From Candidatus Eiseniibacteriota bacterium (GTDB taxonomy: Bacteria > Eisenbacteria > RBG-16-71-46), in the NCBI GenBank assembly GCA_963744995.1, contig CAVUWA010000002.1, forward strand, positions 512,001 to 576,000: a DNA stretch of 64,000 nt, given 5' to 3'. Positions 62,524-64,000 of this stretch are shown here, one piece after another. The position numbers and the translations under genes were made by a program. The notes below the pieces were generated by a model, which worked only from the letters and a program-made list of their open reading frames with translations, was not told the DNA's origin and did no database searches. Every line of letters begins with the position of its first letter. Positions within the stretch are counted from its first letter, which is position 1.

Positions 62524-62760
62524 ATGGCGGATACGCCCGATGAGAAGGGAAGGAACCGAATGGTTCGTCTGGACAAGGAAGATGCGGAGGCCCTGCTGAA
62601 GGGGAAGACGCCGCGGGAGATCTACGAGATCGTCCGCGAAACGGTCTCCAGGGTGCCGGACGCGAAAATCAGCGACCTCACGGAGACGCTGGACTGGGTC
62701 ATCCGCGAGGGTTACGCCACCGAGGCCGAACTGGACGCGGTGGAAGAAGAGTTCAACTAG
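62524..62760 (+). CDS. Small acidic hypothetical protein inserted between rplK and rplA (alternative start 62560)
   Basis: SD-preceded ATGs, host codon bias, helical sequence EIYEIVRE...LDWVIREGY. Confidence 0.7.
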   Translation: MADTPDEKGRNRMVRLDKEDAEALLKGKTPREIYEIVRETVSRVPDAKISDLTETLDWVIREGYATEAELDAVEEEFN

Positions 62761-62813
62761 GACCTGGCGCGGCCGGCGGCTCGCCGGCCGGCGGTGGTTC
62801 GAGATCCTTTTCG

Positions 62814-62852
62814 CGTGGGAGTGGCGGCCGGAGCCGTCACGCCGGAACCACG
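62814..62852 (+). promoter_or_regulatory. Probable L1-binding autoregulatory leader
   Basis: CGTGG-GAG...AA-CCACG stem with asymmetric loop and inner hairpin immediately before the rplA SD. Confidence 0.55.
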
Positions 62853-62861
62853 GGAGGTTCG

Positions 62862-63569
62862 ATGAAGTACGGCAAGCGGTACCGGGCGGCGGCGGAAGCC
62901 GTGCAGTCGGCCGGGAAAGTGAGGACGCTCGCGGAGGCGGTGAAGCTGGTGAAGGACACCGCCCGCGCGAAGTTCGACGAGACGATCGTCGTGTCGTCCC
63001 ACCTCGGCGTGGACCCCCGCCACTCCGATCAGCTCGTGCGCGGCACCGTGGTGCTGCCGCACGGTACGGGCAAGCAGTTGCGCGTCCTCGTTCTCTGCAA
63101 GGGAGAGAAGGAAAAGGAAGCGCAGGACGCCGGCGCCGACTTCGTCGGCTCGGCCGAGTACGTGAAGAAGATCCAGGACGGCTGGCTCGACATCGACGCG
63201 ATCGTGGCCACGCCGGACATGATGGGCGAGGTCGGCAAGCTGGGCCGCGTACTCGGACCGCGCGGACTCATGCCGAACCCGAAGAGCGGCACGGTCACCT
63301 TCGACGTCGCGAAGGCCGTGCAGGATCTGAAGGCAGGCAAGATCGAATTCCGCGTCGACAAGGGCGCGAACGTTCACGCGCCGGTCGGCAAGGCTTCCTT
63401 CTCGGAAGACAAGTTGCTCGACAACGCCAGGACATTCATTCGCGAGCTGCTCCGCGCCAAGCCGTCGGCGGCCAAAGGACAGTACGTCCGGAGTCTGACG
63501 ATGAGCGCGACGATGGGGCCGGGCATCGCTCTGGACGCCACGGCCATCGCGGCCGAGGTGGGCCACTAG
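62862..63569 (+). CDS. rplA: 50S ribosomal protein L1
   Basis: [34 protein letters not shown]. Confidence 0.98.
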   Translation: MKYGKRYRAAAEAVQSAGKVRTLAEAVKLVKDTARAKFDETIVVSSHLGVDPRHSDQLVRGTVVLPHGTGKQLRVLVLCKGEKEKEAQDAGADFVGSAEYVKKIQDGWLDIDAIVATPDMMGEVGKLGRVLGPRGLMPNPKSGTVTFDVAKAVQDLKAGKIEFRVDKGANVHAPVGKASFSEDKLLDNARTFIRELLRAKPSAAKGQYVRSLTMSATMGPGIALDATAIAAEVGH

Positions 63570-63578
63570 GAGGGCGAC

Positions 63579-64000
63579 ATGCCGACCGCACAGAAAGAAC
63601 AGATCATCCAGGACGCGACGGAGCGCCTCGAGAACGCGAAGGGCATCTACCTCGCGGACTTCAGCGGTATGACCGTCGAAAAGGCTTCGGAGCTCAGGCG
63701 CAGGTGCCGCGCGGAGAACGTGCAGTTCCGCGTGATCAAGAACACGCTGCTCAAGCGTGCCTTGAACGCACGCGGGATCACCGACCTCGATCCGTTCCTC
63801 AACGGCCCCACCGGGGTCGCGCTGAGCACGGACGACGAGGTGTCGCCGGCGCGGATCCTCGCGGAGTTCGCGAAGGAGAACGAGCGGCCGCGTATCAAGG
63901 CCGGGCTGGTCGAGGGGCGGCTGTTCGACGAACAGCAGGTCGCGACGCTCGCCGCGCTGCCGAGCCGCGAGGTGCTGCTGCAGCAGGTGCTCGGCACCCT
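63579..64000 (+). CDS. rplJ: 50S ribosomal protein L10 (3' end beyond window)
   Basis: MPTAQK, DFSGMTV, VIKNTL, GPT, LAALPSRE. Confidence 0.95.
   Translation, partial: MPTAQKEQIIQDATERLENAKGIYLADFSGMTVEKASELRRRCRAENVQFRVIKNTLLKRALNARGITDLDPFLNGPTGVALSTDDEVSPARILAEFAKENERPRIKAGLVEGRLFDEQQVATLAALPSREVLLQQVLGT

Overview
High-GC diderm bacterial chromosome segment (MlaFED, outer-membrane barrel, SelB). It is mostly housekeeping: lpdA, rho, rpmE-DUF1385-prfA-prmC, murA, yicC-gmk-rpoZ-coaBC-udg-dnaB-mlaEFD, radA-ispDF-gltX-ddl-M42-cysS, five tRNAs, tuf-rpmG-secE-nusG-rplK-(insert)-rplA-rplJ. Three parts stand out. (1) At 54.2-58.1 kb a small secreted 'GDPD' protein gene is followed by a TPR-sigma54 enhancer-binding protein, then a correctly spaced -24/-12 promoter facing about 440 nt of densely structured, apparently non-coding sequence ending in a terminator. 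This is a candidate peptide-sensing > sigma54 > regulatory-RNA system. (2) A consensus sigma54 promoter on the minus strand at 10.68 kb, next to an NtrC-type two-component operon, faces a two-hairpin candidate sRNA with a CU-rich anti-SD-like linker. (3) A lower-GC EcoRII-like cassette (Mig-like glycosylase, RHH-fused Dcm with a candidate palindromic operator, EcoRII-like REase) lies next to a 472-bp tandem duplication of the selB 3' end. Also present are a hybrid kinase lacking both phospho-His residues, three dispersed 22-bp palindromes and three single-base frameshifts that are probably sequencing errors. All calls come from reading motifs by eye; no searches were run.
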